NCBI GenBank assembly: GCA_041746255.1
Contig: JBGTHM010000010.1
Location: forward strand, 1-20,761
Length of the DNA stretch: 20,761 nucleotides
Source: Fibrobacteria bacterium
GTDB lineage: Bacteria > Fibrobacterota > Fibrobacteria > UBA11236
Direction of reading: 5' to 3'
How positions within the stretch are numbered: the stretch's first letter is position 1; each line of letters starts with the position of its first letter. Under the pieces are notes generated by a model, which made no database searches, was not told where the DNA came from, and saw only the letters and a list, made by a program, of their open reading frames with translations. This document shows positions 18,918 to 20,761 of this stretch, in pieces. The position numbers and the translations under genes are program-made.

Positions 18918-19750
18918 AATGTCAAGGAATGCATAAACGATTAGGCGTGCCGGGGTTGAAATTAGGCCTGCTGTTTTGCCTGGTAATATTCTCGCTAAGC
19001 GGTAAAGTCTTTGGCCAAGATGGCCATGGGGGAGGAGGGGCCGCGCCTTTGCTCATATCACCGGAAGACTCGTACCGTATGCATTACCGTAGTTTAAATT
19101 CAGTCTCGATTAAAATTACCGATAGATTTTCCATTGGCGGGTTCGGGGCGCTCTATTACGGAAAGCCCTGGCCTTTTATCGGGCACTCCCATTTTTGGTT
19201 CTGGGGCTGGGATTTTGTGCCCGGCATAAGCATGAATCTCGGAACCATAAAGGATTTCTCCTTAGGCATGTCGACGGAGGTTTACTTCGTCCATCGGGAA
19301 CAGTTCGAAGAAGGCAAATACGCCTATGGTCCCGACGATTTTGTCGAAGCGAGGCCCCGTGCGAGCGCTTGGGTGAACTACCCCATCTCCCCCTGGTTGA
19401 ATTTACAACATATCAGCAGATGGGAGAGAAGGATTTTGCAGAGGCCGGATATATTCAGACATACCCAATCTCGCTACCGACCATCCTTTAAGCTTTCCAC
19501 CAAAGAGTTCCCCTCCTTGTTTAACTTTTCGGTTTTTGCCTATTATGAAGAAATGGTTGTTTTAGGTGCAAATACCGGAATTGAACTTGAATCAGAGGCC
19601 GGTTTTAGCTTTCGTCCCATTTCTTCACTTGCCCTTCGGTACGGCCTGCTATGGAATGTAAAACCGGAAATTGAAAAAAAGGGCTATTTAATGAGTACCC
19701 TTTATCTCGCTTATAATTTCGACGCCTCAAAGTATTTCAATTTGAAATAA
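18914..19750 (+). CDS. Putative outer-membrane beta-barrel protein (DUF2490-like), paralog B
   Basis: Start abuts the stop of paralog A and a signal peptide follows. Motifs HISRWERR...RYRP and last strand LYLAYNFD; collinear with paralog A. Confidence 0.6.
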   Translation: MKCQGMHKRLGVPGLKLGLLFCLVIFSLSGKVFGQDGHGGGGAAPLLISPEDSYRMHYRSLNSVSIKITDRFSIGGFGALYYGKPWPFIGHSHFWFWGWDFVPGISMNLGTIKDFSLGMSTEVYFVHREQFEEGKYAYGPDDFVEARPRASAWVNYPISPWLNLQHISRWERRILQRPDIFRHTQSRYRPSFKLSTKEFPSLFNFSVFAYYEEMVVLGANTGIELESEAGFSFRPISSLALRYGLLWNVKPEIEKKGYLMSTLYLAYNFDASKYFNLK

Positions 19751-19778
19751 TACCCAGTCCGATTCCTGAGTAGAGCCA

Positions 19779-20654
19779 ATGAGCATTGCTGTCATTACCG
19801 GTTCAGCCGGTCTCATCGGATCGGAAGCCGTGCGGCATTTCGCCCAAAAAGGGCTTCGGATTATCGGCATTGATAATGACATGCGAGGTATTTTTTTCGG
19901 TGAGGAAGCATCTACCTCCTGGAATCGCAAAAGGCTGGAAGAAGAAGTCCCCGGGTACTTTCACCACGAACTCGATATTCGAGATACCCAGGCCATAAAC
20001 GAGCTCTTTTCTCGGTTTGCGTCGGACATTGTTTTGATCATCCATACGGCTGCGCAGCCTTCCCATGATTGGGCGGCCAGCGATCCCTATTCCGATTTTA
20101 CCGTAAACGCCAATGGTACCCTTAATCTCCTACAGGCATCCCGGCTGTACTGTCCGGATGCCGTGTTCATTTTTACTTCGACAAACAAGGTTTATGGAGA
20201 CCGTCCTAATCAATTGCCCTTGGTTGAGTCTGACAAGCGCTGGGAAATTGAACCCGGTCATCGATTCCAGCAGGGCATTACCGAGGACATGAGCATTGAC
20301 CAGTCGAAACATTCCCTATTCGGAGCATCAAAGGTAGCTGCAGATATAATGGTGCAGGAATACGGGCGGTATTTCGGTATGAAAACAGCCATTTTCCGGG
20401 GCGGGTGTCTTACCGGACCCAATCATTCCGGAACGGCGCTCCACGGTTTCCTGGCCTATCTGATGAAATGCTGCGCAACGGGAAAGCCTTATACCATTTT
20501 CGGATACAAGGGAAAGCAAGTACGCGATAACATCCACTCCTCGGATTTGATCTCCGCTTTTGACGAAGTTTTCCGGGATCCTGTCGTAGCCGAAGTATTC
20601 AATATCGGCGGCGGACGGGAAAGCTGCAAAATCCGGTTCATGGTGACCGGCTAA
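19779..20654 (+). pseudogene. NAD-dependent NDP-sugar epimerase/dehydratase (CDP-paratose 2-epimerase/RfbE-like), 3'-truncated by an insertion
   Basis: [34 protein letters not shown] and FNIGGG. Family-like sequence stops at GRES, and the final CKIRFMVTG* is read from the repeat-containing element. Confidence 0.8.
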
Positions 20655-20761
20655 TCCGATTCAAAGTGACCGGCCGATCCGGTTCAAGATGACCGGTTCG
20701 GACGATTGACCCGAGGGTGAAAATCCGGTTCAAAGTGACCGGTTTTCGTCCTTCTCAATCC
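20625..20761. mobile_element. Terminus of an IS21-family-like transposable element (continues beyond the window)
   Basis: Starts with TG (TGCAAAATCCGG...) where the epimerase breaks. Four ~20-bp direct repeats ATCCGGTTCAnnnTGACCGG at 20631, 20654, 20677 and 20723. No transposase is visible in the window. Confidence 0.75.

Noticed and set aside
20631..20742. CRISPR array
   Set aside because: Repeats are separated by only 3 bp, are degenerate, follow a TG terminus inside a broken gene, and have no cas genes nearby. They fit transposase-binding sites better.

Overview
A bacterial window, probably from the FCB superphylum and possibly Fibrobacterota-like (inferred from secreted proteins with T9SS-type C-terminal tails). 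Housekeeping-type genes are a NagB/PIG-L fusion, an RRM RNA-binding protein, a DEAD-box helicase, initiator tRNA-fMet, an SDR and the copper ATPase CopA. Secreted proteins are a sulfatase, two paralogous YncE-like beta-propellers and a nucleoside-hydrolase-like protein, plus a tandem pair of outer-membrane beta-barrel paralogs. Two CAZyme genes are decayed pseudogenes that the ORF track splits into fragments (a GH8 and an alginate-lyase-family gene). At the right edge an RfbE-like NDP-sugar epimerase is cut off by the end of a transposable element (TG terminus plus ~20-bp repeats on a 23-bp period, IS21-like). No complete novel system can be proven from sequence alone. The best leads are the phased transposon end, the His-conserving propeller pair beside copA, the Cys-linker plus sorting-tail architecture, the structured leaders of the two RNA-chaperone genes and the barrel pair. 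All family calls are from motif recognition, with no database search.
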